From NCBI GenBank assembly GCA_965212505.1, contig OZ243123.1, forward strand, positions 4,624,313-4,688,312: a stretch of 64,000 nt of DNA. The letters run 5' to 3'. The DNA is from Candidatus Multivoradales bacterium (GTDB lineage: Bacteria > Acidobacteriota > Thermoanaerobaculia > Multivoradales > JAHEKO01). The notes below the pieces were generated by a model. That model searched no databases, was not told where the DNA came from, and saw only the letters and a program-made list of their open reading frames with translations. Positions 28,832 through 44,729 of the stretch are shown here, one piece after another. Numbering within the stretch: position 1 is the stretch's first letter; each line of letters opens with the position of its first letter. Both the position numbers and the translations under genes were made by a program.

Positions 28832-29929
28832 ATGGAAATTCGCGTAAATCGCAGTCACTTTCTGGGGGAGCTGGGTCCCATGCAAGGGATCGTGGAGCGT
28901 CGTACGACGATTCCGGTCCTCTCTCACATCCTTCTCACCACCGCCGAAGACCGTTTCAACATGGCGGCTACAGATCTGGACGTCTCGCTGACTTCGTCGT
29001 GCGATGCGGAGATCATCGGGGAAGGAGGGATTGCGGTTCAGGCGCGGAAGTTCGTCGAGATCATCCGCGCGGTCAACGCGGAAGAGGTGCGACTGGTCCT
29101 CGAGGACGAGAAGCGTCTCGGTATCGAGGCCGGGAATTCACGCTTCAAGATCAACGGCCTCTCGCCTGAGGACTTCCCAACGCTGCCGAGCGTTCCGAAC
29201 GACGACGCGGTCGAGATTCCGTTCGCTGCGGTGAAGCGCATGATCTCCAGAGTGATCTTCGCGGTGTCGACGGAAGAGTCGCGCTTCCAGCTCAACGGTG
29301 CTCTGCTGGGCTTCAAAGACGGTGCCCTCGAGATGGTCGCGACCGACGGCCACCGCCTCGCGCTGATCGAGAACGGTCTCGAGAACGGCGTCGCTGCCGA
29401 CGGCGTACTGGTACCGCGCAAGGCGCTCCAGGAGCTGATGCGCTTTGAGGGTGACGAGACGATTTCGTTCAGTCGGAGTGATCACCATCTCTCCTTCCGA
29501 CTCGGTCGCCGCGAGCTGATCTGTCGCATCCTCGAGGGGACGTTCCCCGACTACGAGCGCGTCATCTCCAAGGATAATGACAAGCAGGTGATGTTCGATC
29601 GGAAGACTCTGGCCGAGGCCGTTCAGCGCGTGGCGCTGCTCACCGGCGATCGCGCACGCGCCGTGCGGATGAGCTTCTCCGACGGCAAGCTCATGATCTC
29701 GGCGGCCAACCCGGATCTGGGCGAGGCGGTCGAGGAGCTCGAGTGCAACTTCGCGGGCGGTGAGCTGAGGATCGGCATCAACCCCGACTACATGAATCAG
29801 TTCTTGTCGGCGGTCGACACCGATCAGGTGCGCTTCGAGCTCAAGGACGAGAACACGCAGTGCGTCGGCTTCCCGGTCGACGGGTCGGACGAGCGATACC
29901 TCTGCGTGATCATGCCGATGCGCGTCTAG
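28832..29929 (+). CDS. dnaN: DNA polymerase III beta sliding clamp
   Basis: Three-domain clamp; MEIRVNRSHFLGELGPMQGIVERRTTIPVLSHILL is a typical DnaN N-terminus. Confidence 0.95.
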   Translation: MEIRVNRSHFLGELGPMQGIVERRTTIPVLSHILLTTAEDRFNMAATDLDVSLTSSCDAEIIGEGGIAVQARKFVEIIRAVNAEEVRLVLEDEKRLGIEAGNSRFKINGLSPEDFPTLPSVPNDDAVEIPFAAVKRMISRVIFAVSTEESRFQLNGALLGFKDGALEMVATDGHRLALIENGLENGVAADGVLVPRKALQELMRFEGDETISFSRSDHHLSFRLGRRELICRILEGTFPDYERVISKDNDKQVMFDRKTLAEAVQRVALLTGDRARAVRMSFSDGKLMISAANPDLGEAVEELECNFAGGELRIGINPDYMNQFLSAVDTDQVRFELKDENTQCVGFPVDGSDERYLCVIMPMRV

Positions 29930-29941
29930 TCTGACGCGCAG

Positions 29942-31015
29942 GTGACCGAGTCCACCCTCACTCGCCTCTACAGTCGCGACTTCCGCAACCTCGAAGAGCT
30001 CTCCTGGCAACCGGGCCAGGGGCGGCATCTGCTGCTCGGCGACAACGGCGCCGGCAAGACGAGCTTGCTCGAGGCGCTGTATGTGCTCGCGACGACGCGT
30101 AGCTTCCGGGCCTCCCGGCTCGCCGACTGCGCACGACACGATACGGAGAGCTTTCGCCTCGGCGGAGAGATCGCCGGAGACGCGCGAACCGAGCTCGAGC
30201 TGGTCCTGGGCCCGGAAGGAACGTCCCGTCGCCTCAACGGGAGCCCAGCGAGCCTCCAAGAGCATCTCTCGGTTCTTCCGCTGGTCGCCTGGACGGCCGC
30301 CGATCTCGAGTGGATTTCGGGCGCGCCGGCTGCGCGGCGTCGACTGATCGACCGCGGTGTCGTCGGTTTGACTCCGGCGGCCATCGTGTCGCTCTCTCGC
30401 TACCGTCGAGCCTTGGAACACAAACGGGCACTTCTCGCGCATCGGGAGACCGGACTCGAGGCTTGGAACGAGGTTCTCGCCGAGGCGGCCGACGACCTCA
30501 TTCGCCGGCGGCGTGCACACGTCGAGGCGCTATCTGAAGCGCTCGCCGAGCTACTCGAAGAGTGCGAGATCGAGCTTCCCTCGATCTCACTCACCTATCG
30601 CCCGTCTCCGGCGAACGGTGGGCGCGGTCTCGACGAGACGCTGGCGGCCATCGAGTCTCACCGTTCGAGTGAAGTCGATCGGCGGTCGCCGCTGGTCGGG
30701 CCCCACCGAGACGAGCTCGACATTCGGTGGGGCGGTCATGGTGCGCGCAAGGTCGCCTCCGCCGGAGAGAGGAAGCTTCTCGGACTTGCGATCACTGCTG
30801 CCAGTGCGCGACTGCTCGCGGCCTCGGGCCGTACTCCGGTACTACTTCTGGACGACCTGGACGCTGCGCTCGACAGTCGTCGTCTCGGCGCCGTCTGGTC
30901 GTTCTTCGAGCCCTTCGAGCAACTCTTCGTGACTTCGAATCGAGCCGCTGTATGGGAGCGATTCGACCTCTCGAGCGCCTGGAATCTCACCTGTGGAAAA
31001 CTCTCCCCACGGTAA
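29942..31015 (+). CDS. recF: DNA replication and repair protein RecF
   Basis: Walker A GDNGAGKTSLLEA, an ABC signature, and Walker B LLLDDLDA. Confidence 0.9.
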   Translation: MTESTLTRLYSRDFRNLEELSWQPGQGRHLLLGDNGAGKTSLLEALYVLATTRSFRASRLADCARHDTESFRLGGEIAGDARTELELVLGPEGTSRRLNGSPASLQEHLSVLPLVAWTAADLEWISGAPAARRRLIDRGVVGLTPAAIVSLSRYRRALEHKRALLAHRETGLEAWNEVLAEAADDLIRRRRAHVEALSEALAELLEECEIELPSISLTYRPSPANGGRGLDETLAAIESHRSSEVDRRSPLVGPHRDELDIRWGGHGARKVASAGERKLLGLAITAASARLLAASGRTPVLLLDDLDAALDSRRLGAVWSFFEPFEQLFVTSNRAAVWERFDLSSAWNLTCGKLSPR

Positions 31016-31050
31016 GACTCTAAACTACTGAATACAAACACTTTATATCC

Positions 31051-31078
31051 TTGCTCTCGCGACCTTTGGTGATATAAT
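31051..31078 (+). promoter_or_regulatory. Sigma70-like promoter upstream of gyrB (TTGCTC-N16-TATAAT) followed by ~195-nt leader
   Basis: Consensus -10 TATAAT at 31073-31078 with -35 TTGCTC at 31051-31056, inside an AT-rich island in an otherwise GC-rich region. Confidence 0.45.
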
Positions 31079-31273
31079 CGAAGGCGTTCCATCCCGCCCC
31101 GGAGGGGTCGCTTCGAGCGAGCCGCAAAAGGGGCCTTCCAGAGAGAGCGTTTGAGCGCGCGAGACAGGCGAATCGAGGGCCCGATGCAGACGGGCCGTGG
31201 CGTGAAGTGCACCCGCGGTCTGAGCTTGCCGGCTGTCGAACCGCCGTACCGAAGGACACCTACGGGAGCCTAA

Positions 31274-33700
<2,427 letters not shown>

Positions 33701-33718
33701 GAAAACGGAAGAGCACTC

Positions 33719-36226
<2,508 letters not shown>

Positions 36227-36337
36227 GCCGCTCCGGCGCACTTCGTCACATAGCGATAGCCAGATTAGTGGCCGGCGCGAGCCGTGGCTATACTGGCCAC
36301 TCTTCGATTCAGTTGGTGACATCGGGCCGCCGGCACC

Positions 36338-37843
36338 TTGGCCGGAGCTCTCATGATGGGAACGTCCTCGCATCGGGGTGGGACTCTCCGCCGCTCGGCG
36401 GCGGGAGGGTTGATTTTGCTCGTCGGCTGGGGGCAGCCGCTCACTCCTGCGGAGATCGTCGTCGACAATGGCTGCAGCCTGGCCGACGCAATCGAGTCGG
36501 CGAACACGGACGCCGCGATCGGCGAATGCGTAGCGGGCGACGGCCCGGACACCATCCGATTGACTGAAAGCGTCGAGATCTCGAGTGCGTTACCGGCAGT
36601 CACCGCGACGGTGACTTTCGAAGGGGCCAACTTCGAGATCCGTCGAGATGAGACGGCTCCCGATTTCCGCATTCTCGAGTTCAAGGGCGGTATCAACTCA
36701 CGCCTCGAGAACGTCACCATCTCCAACGGTCGTTCCGACCGTGGCGGGGGCGTGTACCACAACGCCCAGAGCCTCACCCTCGTGAACGTCACGATGACCA
36801 ACAACGTTGCGCTCTCGCGAGGGGGTGCTCTCTACAGTGGCTGGGACACGATCGATACTCGACTCGTCGGCTCGACCGTCTCCGGCAACACATCAGGTTT
36901 GAGCGGAGGTGGCATCTTCGTCGGCGACTACGGCGACCTGACGCTCACCGCCAGCACCATCTCCGGCAACGTCGCGGGAACCTGGGGTGGCGGCATCGCG
37001 GGCGGAACGTACACATCGATGACGCTGATCAACAGCACGATCTCCGAGAACATTGCAGAGGATGGTGAAGGCGGCGCCATCTACAAGGCCTACGGCTATC
37101 AGGACATCGTGCTGCGGAACTCGAGCGTGATCAACAACTCCGCTTCGGCTACCACCGGCGGCATCTACTACGACACGTTTGGCCCGACCGACCTGATCGT
37201 CTCGAATTCGATCGTGGCAGCAAACTCCGGCCTGAACTGTCAGTACATGACGCCGGTGAACCTCGGTGGCAATTTCGACGACGACGGCAGCTGTGGCTTC
37301 GCGACCGCGTTACCGGGTGTGGACTTCGATCTGGCGCTTGTCGACAACGGCGGTCCGACGAAGACGCACAGACTCTTGCGCGACAGCGTTGCGATCGACG
37401 CCGGCGTCGACTGTGAGCAGCCCTTGGACCAGCGGGGATTCTTGCGCGACCTGCCCTGCGACAGCGGCTCGACCGAGTTCGGCAAGGCACCAGCAGGCGG
37501 TTCGATCGAGGGCCTGGCCGGCCGCGACGTGAGCTGCAAGAACCTGGATACGGGGTTCAGCTCGAGTTTCGCGCTCGGCGGCGCCGACTCGTGGAGCTGC
37601 CGCGGCCTGGGCGTCGAGCTCGGTGATCGCGTCGAGCAGTCGGTCTCGGCGCGCGTCGTCGACGGAGCCGCGGGCTCGATCATCGGCCTGACCGGCCGGA
37701 GCGTCTTCTGTGCAAACCTGACGACGGGAGATGGCGTCAACTTCCCGATCGTCGCGACGTCAGCCTGGGACTGCGAAGCGGCCGGCCTGGTCGTCAACCC
37801 GGGAGACCGGGTTCGCATTGAGTTCTCGGGACAGGATCCTTGA
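36338..37843 (+). CDS. Secreted right-handed parallel beta-helix repeat protein (choice-of-anchor-Q / Pmp-like GGxIY repeats) with two C-terminal Cys-paired ~50-aa modules
   Basis: N-terminus CSLADAIESANTD...C..GDGPDTIRL. Repeated rungs (NxS/T, GGGVY, GGAIY, GGGIF). Two C-terminal modules (G.S..C.NL.TG......W.C...GL...PGDRV). Confidence 0.7.
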   Translation: MAGALMMGTSSHRGGTLRRSAAGGLILLVGWGQPLTPAEIVVDNGCSLADAIESANTDAAIGECVAGDGPDTIRLTESVEISSALPAVTATVTFEGANFEIRRDETAPDFRILEFKGGINSRLENVTISNGRSDRGGGVYHNAQSLTLVNVTMTNNVALSRGGALYSGWDTIDTRLVGSTVSGNTSGLSGGGIFVGDYGDLTLTASTISGNVAGTWGGGIAGGTYTSMTLINSTISENIAEDGEGGAIYKAYGYQDIVLRNSSVINNSASATTGGIYYDTFGPTDLIVSNSIVAANSGLNCQYMTPVNLGGNFDDDGSCGFATALPGVDFDLALVDNGGPTKTHRLLRDSVAIDAGVDCEQPLDQRGFLRDLPCDSGSTEFGKAPAGGSIEGLAGRDVSCKNLDTGFSSSFALGGADSWSCRGLGVELGDRVEQSVSARVVDGAAGSIIGLTGRSVFCANLTTGDGVNFPIVATSAWDCEAAGLVVNPGDRVRIEFSGQDP

Positions 37844-37878
37844 TCCGCCCTCACGACTCCAATAGAAGGAGCATCGCA

Positions 37879-39393
37879 ATGAAAGGCAAACTGACAACTC
37901 TCAGGGACCGACGCTTTGCGCGTTTCGGCTCTATTTTGCTCACGGGTGCCTTCTTGCTGCAGCAGCCCCTGAGCACGGCGACGATCACGGTGAGCGGTGG
38001 GTGCACGCTCGCTGACGCCATCACCGCAGCCAACACCGACACGGCGACCGGCGCCTGTGCGGCCGGCGCTGGCGCCGACACCATCGAGCTCACGGAGGAC
38101 GTGACCCTTATGTCGGTGTTGCCGGTGGTGACCGATGACGTGACCATCGAGGGGAACGACGCCACGATCGGTCGTGACCCGGCCGCTCCCGACTTCCGCA
38201 TTCTGCAGTTCGACCTCGACGGGGACATCGCACTGCGAAACGTCAAGATCACCAACGGCATTGCGGTCGACGGAGGCGGAATTTTCAACGGAGCAGACAA
38301 CCTGACGCTCTTCAACACCACGGTTATCGGCAACGAAGCGACGAGTCGTGGCGGTGGTATCTACAGCGACTTCAACACCCTCAACTTCTTGATGCAGGCG
38401 AGCACGGTTGCCGACAACGACGCGAACAAGGGCGCTGGCCTGTACACGGGATTCGGCGCCTGGTCGACGATTGAGAACTCGACGGTCTCGGGCAACTCGG
38501 CAGGCGACAACGGCGGCGGCATCTACAACGCGATGTACGCCGAGCTCTTCATCACCAACAGCACAATCTCGGGCAACGACTCGGGTGATCGAGGCGGTGG
38601 TCTCTACAACCAGTTCTACGCCGGTGACATGAACCTCGTTGCGACGACCATCTCTGGCAATTCGGCGATCGACGGCGGAGGGGTCTACGCCTACCCGTCC
38701 TTCGATGCGACAGAGGGGCACTACACGGACCTGAACCTGACCAACACGCTGATCGCAAACAACGTCGGTGGCAACTGCCTCGGCGACAACCAGCACGATC
38801 TGGGCGGCAACTTCGACGACGACGGTACCTGCCTCGGCGCCTCTGCAGTGGTTGCAGACGTCGACTTCGACACCACCCTGGCGAACAACGGTGGTCCGAC
38901 CCTCACCCACGCTCTGTTTCCAGGCGGTGCGCCGATCAACACCGGCGGCGCCTGCGGAATCGCCGCCGACCAGCGGGGCTTCGCGCGAGACGTGCTCTGC
39001 GACAGCGGAGCGGTCGAGTTCGGAGCCGCACCGGTGGGCGGTTCGATTCGCGACATCCGTGGCATCACAGCTACCTGCCGGAACAACACGACCGGCAGCG
39101 ACGTCACCTTCGGACTCGGCCCTGGTGTGAACACGTGGGACTGCGAGGCACAGGGCCTTGCGGTCAGCCCGGGCGACGTCGTCACGCAGTCGGTGCAAGG
39201 AGGCATGATCGACGGCGTCGGTGGCACCGTCATCGGCCTGGCCGCCGACCGTGTAGCGTGCCGAAACACCTCGACCGGGCAGAGCGTAAACCTGCTCTTG
39301 AATGGCGACCCGAGCTGGGACTGCTTGGAAGCGGGCCTGACCGCGAGCCCGGGCGACCGGATCCGGATGATTTCTCGAGGGCAGGTTCCGTAG
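37879..39393 (+). CDS. Secreted parallel beta-helix repeat protein, tandem paralog of the preceding gene
   Basis: Same architecture: CTLADAITAANTD...C..GAGADTIEL, GGGIY/GGGLY/GGGVY rungs, and two C-terminal W-C...PGD modules. Start taken at MKGKLTTL. Confidence 0.7.
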   Translation: MKGKLTTLRDRRFARFGSILLTGAFLLQQPLSTATITVSGGCTLADAITAANTDTATGACAAGAGADTIELTEDVTLMSVLPVVTDDVTIEGNDATIGRDPAAPDFRILQFDLDGDIALRNVKITNGIAVDGGGIFNGADNLTLFNTTVIGNEATSRGGGIYSDFNTLNFLMQASTVADNDANKGAGLYTGFGAWSTIENSTVSGNSAGDNGGGIYNAMYAELFITNSTISGNDSGDRGGGLYNQFYAGDMNLVATTISGNSAIDGGGVYAYPSFDATEGHYTDLNLTNTLIANNVGGNCLGDNQHDLGGNFDDDGTCLGASAVVADVDFDTTLANNGGPTLTHALFPGGAPINTGGACGIAADQRGFARDVLCDSGAVEFGAAPVGGSIRDIRGITATCRNNTTGSDVTFGLGPGVNTWDCEAQGLAVSPGDVVTQSVQGGMIDGVGGTVIGLAADRVACRNTSTGQSVNLLLNGDPSWDCLEAGLTASPGDRIRMISRGQVP

Positions 39394-39473
39394 TCGAGTC
39401 GGCCCGCGAGTTGTCTGGCGGGCGGGATATCGTAGCGCTCGCCTGGGAGAGCGGATCTCCGTGGGCATCTGCC

Positions 39474-40871
39474 ATGTGCGCACTCCGCCATTGGATACTC
39501 GTTCCGGTTCTCGCTCTTCCGCTCGCCGGGTGTGGCGGGGCCGAACAGACCTCTGACGCCCTCGATACCAGGGCCTTCGGGCCCGAGGTGCGGCGACAGA
39601 TCGACGAGGCGTATCGGGCGGCTCTCGAGGCTCCCGACGATGCCGAGTTGCAGGGACGGTTGGGCATGACCCTTCACGCCTATCAGCAATACAACCCTGC
39701 GGCGGACGCCTACCGCCTCGCCGCCGAGCTCGACCCCGAGGTCTTCCGCTGGCGCTATTACCTGGCGCGAGCGGTTGGCGCGGCCGGCCGAAGCTCCGAG
39801 GCGCTGGCTCTCATGAACACCGCGGTGGAACTCCGGCCGGAGTACTCGCCCGCGCTCGTCAGTCTGGGAGATCTTCTGATGGAAGCGGGTGATCTCGAGA
39901 CGGCGCTAGAGAACTACACCCGCGCGGTCGAGCTCGACGAGCAGTCTGCGCGCGCGCGCTATGGTCTGGCCAAGGTACTTCGGGCGGTCGGCGACGATCT
40001 CGCCGCGCTCGAGTCGTTTCGAGAGACGCTCCGCCTTTCCCCCTCCTTCGGCGCCGCTCACCACGCGATCGGAATGCTCTACCGAGACCTCGGCGAGTCG
40101 GAACTCGCCGCTGAGCATCTCGAACTGGGCGCAAAGCACCGAACGGTGCGAGCGCGTGCCCGCGACACGCTGATGGTTGCCATCAGCTCTCTCCTTTCGG
40201 GGGCCGGAGATCTCACCAAGGTAGCGGTCGAGATGTTTGGCAACGGAAACACGGAAGGGGCTCTCACAAAGCTGCGCGAAGCGGTCGAACTCGATCCGGA
40301 GTTTGTCCCCGCCCGCGTCAACCTGGTCAAGATTCTCGGAGACCTGGGACGCTATGAAGAGGCCGAGTCGCACTACGAGGCGGCGATCGCTACCACCCCG
40401 AACGCCCAGCAGGCACGGTTCAACTACGCCCGAATGCTCATTCAGCAGACTCGCCTGCGAGAGGCACAGACCGAGCTCGAGACGGTGGTCGGTATCAACC
40501 CCCACCTTGCCGATGCTCAGGTTCTCTTGGGATCGCTCTTCGAAGAGAATGGCCATCTCCCCGAGGCTCGTGCTCGCTACGAGCTGGCGGTCGCATCGAA
40601 GCCGGCACATCCGCAGGCCAACCTCATGCTGGTGAAGCACCGACTCGCCGCCGGTGATCTCGCGAGCGCTGACGAACATGCGCAGCGTCTGCTCGAAGCG
40701 GACACCAAGAGCCTGCCAATTCTCGCCTACCGCCTCGGTCTCTTCTACGAGCAGGCCGGTCAGCGCACGCGAGCGATCGAGATCCTTCGGTGGACACGGA
40801 ACCAAGCCGAGGCGGCGGGTCGGGAGCGATTGGTGCAGGAGATCGATGGTCGGCTGGAGGCGTGGGGTTGA
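39474..40871 (+). CDS. TPR-repeat lipoprotein
   Basis: Lipobox ALPLAGCGG followed by at least eight TPR-like helical repeats. The upstream part of ORF 39135 is R-rich and was rejected. Confidence 0.7.
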   Translation: MCALRHWILVPVLALPLAGCGGAEQTSDALDTRAFGPEVRRQIDEAYRAALEAPDDAELQGRLGMTLHAYQQYNPAADAYRLAAELDPEVFRWRYYLARAVGAAGRSSEALALMNTAVELRPEYSPALVSLGDLLMEAGDLETALENYTRAVELDEQSARARYGLAKVLRAVGDDLAALESFRETLRLSPSFGAAHHAIGMLYRDLGESELAAEHLELGAKHRTVRARARDTLMVAISSLLSGAGDLTKVAVEMFGNGNTEGALTKLREAVELDPEFVPARVNLVKILGDLGRYEEAESHYEAAIATTPNAQQARFNYARMLIQQTRLREAQTELETVVGINPHLADAQVLLGSLFEENGHLPEARARYELAVASKPAHPQANLMLVKHRLAAGDLASADEHAQRLLEADTKSLPILAYRLGLFYEQAGQRTRAIEILRWTRNQAEAAGRERLVQEIDGRLEAWG

Positions 40872-42562
40872 GACTCGCCGTCGCTGTTCTCGTCGTCGGG
40901 CTTGCTCTCGGCTGCGGCTCGCCGCCAGTGCCGCCTGAGACCGGAACTCCCTGGTTCTCCGATGTCGCGAAAGAGATCGGTCTCGACTTCCAACACTTCC
41001 TCGGTTCGACCGGAGAGTTCTACTTCCCGGAGACCGCCGCCGGAGGCGCCGCATTCCTGGACTACGACGGCGATGGTGACCTCGACGTTTTCATCCCGCA
41101 GGGCGCGATGCTGGACAGCTCGGTAGCCGCAGCCGACTCGCGCTTCCCGCCCGACCCGACGAGCTGGCCGGGCGATCGTCTCTATCGGAACGACCTGTCG
41201 GGCGATACGCCTCGGTTTGTCGACGTTTCCAGGCAGGCGGGAATCGATGTGCCTGGCTACGGTATGGGCGCGACGACGGGAGACTACGACCGGGACGGCG
41301 ACGTCGACCTCTACGTCACTCGCTTCGGATCCAACACGCTCTATCGGAACGACGGAGCAGGGCGCTTCGAGGACGTGACCGTGGCGGGGCTCGACGACGA
41401 CCGCTGGAGCGCCGGCGCAGCGTTCGCAGACTACGACGGCGACGGCGACCTCGACCTCTATGTGGCGACCTACGTCGACTTCACCGTCGCGGGCGCCCGC
41501 CCCTGCGCCGGCCCGGCGGGCCAACGCGACTACTGCGGCCCGATGACCTACCAGGCGCTACCGGATCGACTGCTGCGCAACGACGGCGCCGATCAATTTA
41601 CCGACGTCACCGCCGAGGCCGGTCTGCACTCGACGTTCGGTTCGGGCCTGGGTGTCGTGGCCGCAGACTTCGACGGCGACGAGCGAGTCGACTTCTTCGT
41701 CGCCAACGACCAGCGCGCGAATCAGCTGTGGAGGAACCTCGGCGACGGTACTTTCGAGGACATCGCACTCCTGTCCGGCACGGCGGTCAACGAAGATGGG
41801 CAGGCCGAGGCGAGTATGGGACTGGCGGTCGGCGACATCGACCAGGACGGCGACGACGACCTGCTCATTACTCACCTCGAAGGCGAGACGAACACGCTCT
41901 ATCTGAACCAAGGCGGCGGCTTCTTCGCCGACGTCACGACGGAGCGTGGCCTGGCCACCGCAAGCCGACCGTTCACCGGCTTCGGCACCGCGTGGATCGA
42001 CTTCGACCACGACGGTGCGCTCGACCTCTTCGTAGCCAACGGTGCGGTCAAGACGATCGGAGCGCAACGCGGCCGCGAGCCGTTTCCGTTCAACCAGACG
42101 AACCAGCTCCTGCGCAACGTTGGCGACGGCCGCTACGAGGATGTGAGCGATCGGGCAGGGCGGATCTTTGAGGTCGCCGAGGTGAGTCGCGGAGCGGCGC
42201 TCGGCGACGTCGATCTGGACGGCGATGTAGACCTGCTGATGGCGAACATCAACGGCCCGGCGCGCCTGCTGCGCAACGAACTTCCCGACGGCGGCAACTG
42301 GTTGATGGCGAGCGCCGCGGAGAGCGGTGCGGGAGCCGACGTGGTGAGCGCGAGGATCGGCGCCGTGGTGGGACAGCGAACCCTGTGGCGAACGACCCGA
42401 ACGGACGGTAGCTATCTCAGCTCTCATGCTCCTCAGGCGCACTTCGGTCTCGGAACGGCCACGACCCTCGACGTCGAGGCGGCTTGGTCCGGGGAGGAGC
42501 GTGTTCGCTGGTCGGAGTTGCCGGCCAACCGGCACGTCCGCTTCTACCGCGCCGGCTCCTAG
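40870..42562 (+). CDS. FG-GAP repeat / ASPIC-UnbV (CRTAC1-like) lipoprotein
   Basis: Seven D-x-D-x-D-G FG-GAP calcium-binding repeats (DYDGDGDLDVFIP etc.) and a C-terminal UnbV_ASPIC-like tail. TTG start overlaps the TPR gene stop. Lipobox LALGCGS. Confidence 0.8.
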
Positions 42563-42638
42563 CGACGTGAGCTGACTTGCGGGGAGTCGTCGAAGCGCCG
42601 CGAGACGACCGATAGCATCTGGGTGGGAGACGGGCACG

Positions 42639-43253
42639 ATGAGCGATACCGAACACGAGCGCCCCGAGCTCTCGCCCGAAGAGCCAGAGCTCGCGACCGG
42701 CCAGCTCTATCGGCTCGCCTGGTTCTTCTACCTGTTTCTGGCGGTCGGGGGGGTGCTCTGGATCGGTCTGCGGGAAGGGGCGATTCCGCTCAGCCTCTTC
42801 CTGTCGCTCGACTCGTGGCCGGTGGATCTGGGACTCGGAGTTGCAACCGGTGCGCTTCTGGTCGGAGGGTGGCGCGGACTGGCAAGCCTGTCCCAACGCG
42901 CCCGCGATCTCGAGGACGAGCTCGGCAAGATGCTCGGCCCGCTCGCACCGGCCGAGATCGTGGCGCTCGCCCTCCTTTCGGGTTTTGCCGAGGAGCTCTT
43001 CTTCCGCGGCGCCATGCAGGCGTCCTGGGGCTGGTTGGTGACGACCATCATCTTCGCGTTGATCCACACCGGCCCCGGCCCGGCCTACCGGACGTGGACG
43101 CTCTTCGCTGCGGTCGCCGGCCTCGCGCTGGGTGGGTTGATGCTCTGGCGCGGCAACCTCCTGGCCCCGGTGGTGGCCCATGTGCTCGTGAACGGCGTCA
43201 ACCTGCGGTGGCTGATCGTCGCTCCGCCGGAGAGCGACACTCGCGGCGACTAG
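42639..43253 (+). CDS. CPBP family intramembrane glutamic endopeptidase (CAAX protease-like)
   Basis: EELFFRG, FALIHTG, and HVLVNG motifs in a multi-TM protein. Confidence 0.8.
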   Translation: MSDTEHERPELSPEEPELATGQLYRLAWFFYLFLAVGGVLWIGLREGAIPLSLFLSLDSWPVDLGLGVATGALLVGGWRGLASLSQRARDLEDELGKMLGPLAPAEIVALALLSGFAEELFFRGAMQASWGWLVTTIIFALIHTGPGPAYRTWTLFAAVAGLALGGLMLWRGNLLAPVVAHVLVNGVNLRWLIVAPPESDTRGD

Positions 43254-43338
43254 AAGCGGTCTTCATGGGTAGGGTGCGCCCCCGGCTTCGCTGCTAGACT
43301 CTCTTTCCCAAAACGACCGACGGGAGGAGCGAGCGTAG

Positions 43339-44718
43339 ATGGGCACCGACAGCCAGGATGTCTTCGCGAGGATCGATCGCGAGAAGGAGAGCTACCTCGA
43401 GGAGTTGAAGGAGTTTCTCCGGATCCCCTCGATTTCGACCAAGCCGGAACATGCGGACGACGTTCGCCAGGCCGGAGAGTGGGTGCGGGACAAGCTGACC
43501 GACGCCGGTCTCGAGGCGGAGCTCATCGAGACCGACGGCTATCCGCTGGTCTACGGCGAGTGGAACGGCGCGCCCGGCAAGCCGACGGTTCTCTTCTACG
43601 GCCACTACGACGTACAGCCGCCGGAGCCGCTCGAGGAGTGGCGCAACCCGCCGTTCGAGCCGACCGTCGAGGGCGACCAACTGGTCGCGCGAGGAGCGAC
43701 CGACGACAAGGGGCAGACCTACGCCCAGGTCAAGGCGGTCGCCGCTCTTCTGGCCGAGCGCGGCTCCTTGCCGGTCAACGTCAAGTTCCTGATCGAGGGC
43801 GAGGAGGAGAGCGGTGGCGAGGCGATCGACAAATACGTTCGCGACGACGGCGGCGATCGGCTCGCTTGTGATTCGGTAGTGATCTGCGACACCTCGATGT
43901 ACTCCCCGGGTCAGCCCTCGTTGCTCTACGGCCTGAAGGGTCTCGCCTACATGGAGATCCTGGTCACCGGCCCGAACCACGACCTTCATTCGGGGACCTT
44001 CGGTGGCGGTGTCACCAACCCGGCCAATGCGCTCTCGACGATCATCTCCCGCCTATGGGACGCCGACACCGGTCGGATCGCCATCGAGGGCTTCTACGAC
44101 GACGTGAAGGACCTCGAGGACTGGGAGCGGGAGCAGTGGGGAGCGCTGCCCTTCGACGAGACCGAGTATCGTGCCGAGCTCGGCGTCGAGGAGACGTTCG
44201 GAGAAGAGGGGTACTCGACCGTCGAACGTGTCTGGGGCCGACCGACCCTCGACGTCAACGGACTCTGGAGTGGCTACCAGGGCGAGGGCGCCAAGACGGT
44301 GCTGCCTTCGATCGCCGGCGCCAAGGTCTCCATGCGCCTGGTGCCTCACCAGGATCCCGAGAAGATCGCGCGGCTCTTTGTCGAGCACGTGGAGCGCGTC
44401 AAGCCCAAGGGCGTTACGGTCGAGGTGCGCGACCTGCACGGAGCGCAGCCGGTACTGATCGAAACCTCGGGTGCTATCGCCGACGCCGCTACCGGCGCCC
44501 AGGAAGACGTCTGGGGCAAGGCGCCCTACAAGATTCGCGAGGGCGGCTCGATTCCGGTCGTCGCAACGTTTGCGGAGGTGCTCAGCGTGCCGGTTCTCCT
44601 GGTCGGACTCGGCCTGCCGGACGATCGCCTCCATTCGCCGAACGAGAAGTTCAATCTCAGCTGCTTCTACAACGGCATCAAGACCATCGCACGTCTGCTC
44701 GATCGAGCGGGCGTCTGA
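43339..44718 (+). CDS. M20 family metallo-dipeptidase (dipeptidase/ArgE/DapE superfamily)
   Basis: YGHYDVQP metal-binding motif, GATDDKGQ, and EGEEESGG catalytic/ligand motifs. Confidence 0.85.
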   Translation: MGTDSQDVFARIDREKESYLEELKEFLRIPSISTKPEHADDVRQAGEWVRDKLTDAGLEAELIETDGYPLVYGEWNGAPGKPTVLFYGHYDVQPPEPLEEWRNPPFEPTVEGDQLVARGATDDKGQTYAQVKAVAALLAERGSLPVNVKFLIEGEEESGGEAIDKYVRDDGGDRLACDSVVICDTSMYSPGQPSLLYGLKGLAYMEILVTGPNHDLHSGTFGGGVTNPANALSTIISRLWDADTGRIAIEGFYDDVKDLEDWEREQWGALPFDETEYRAELGVEETFGEEGYSTVERVWGRPTLDVNGLWSGYQGEGAKTVLPSIAGAKVSMRLVPHQDPEKIARLFVEHVERVKPKGVTVEVRDLHGAQPVLIETSGAIADAATGAQEDVWGKAPYKIREGGSIPVVATFAEVLSVPVLLVGLGLPDDRLHSPNEKFNLSCFYNGIKTIARLLDRAGV

Positions 44719-44729
44719 GGAACATCCGA

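Noticed and set aside
41558-42637. 359-aa minus-strand ORF overlapping the FG-GAP gene
   Set aside because: Antisense to a strongly supported FG-GAP/ASPIC protein; Arg-rich with no motifs.
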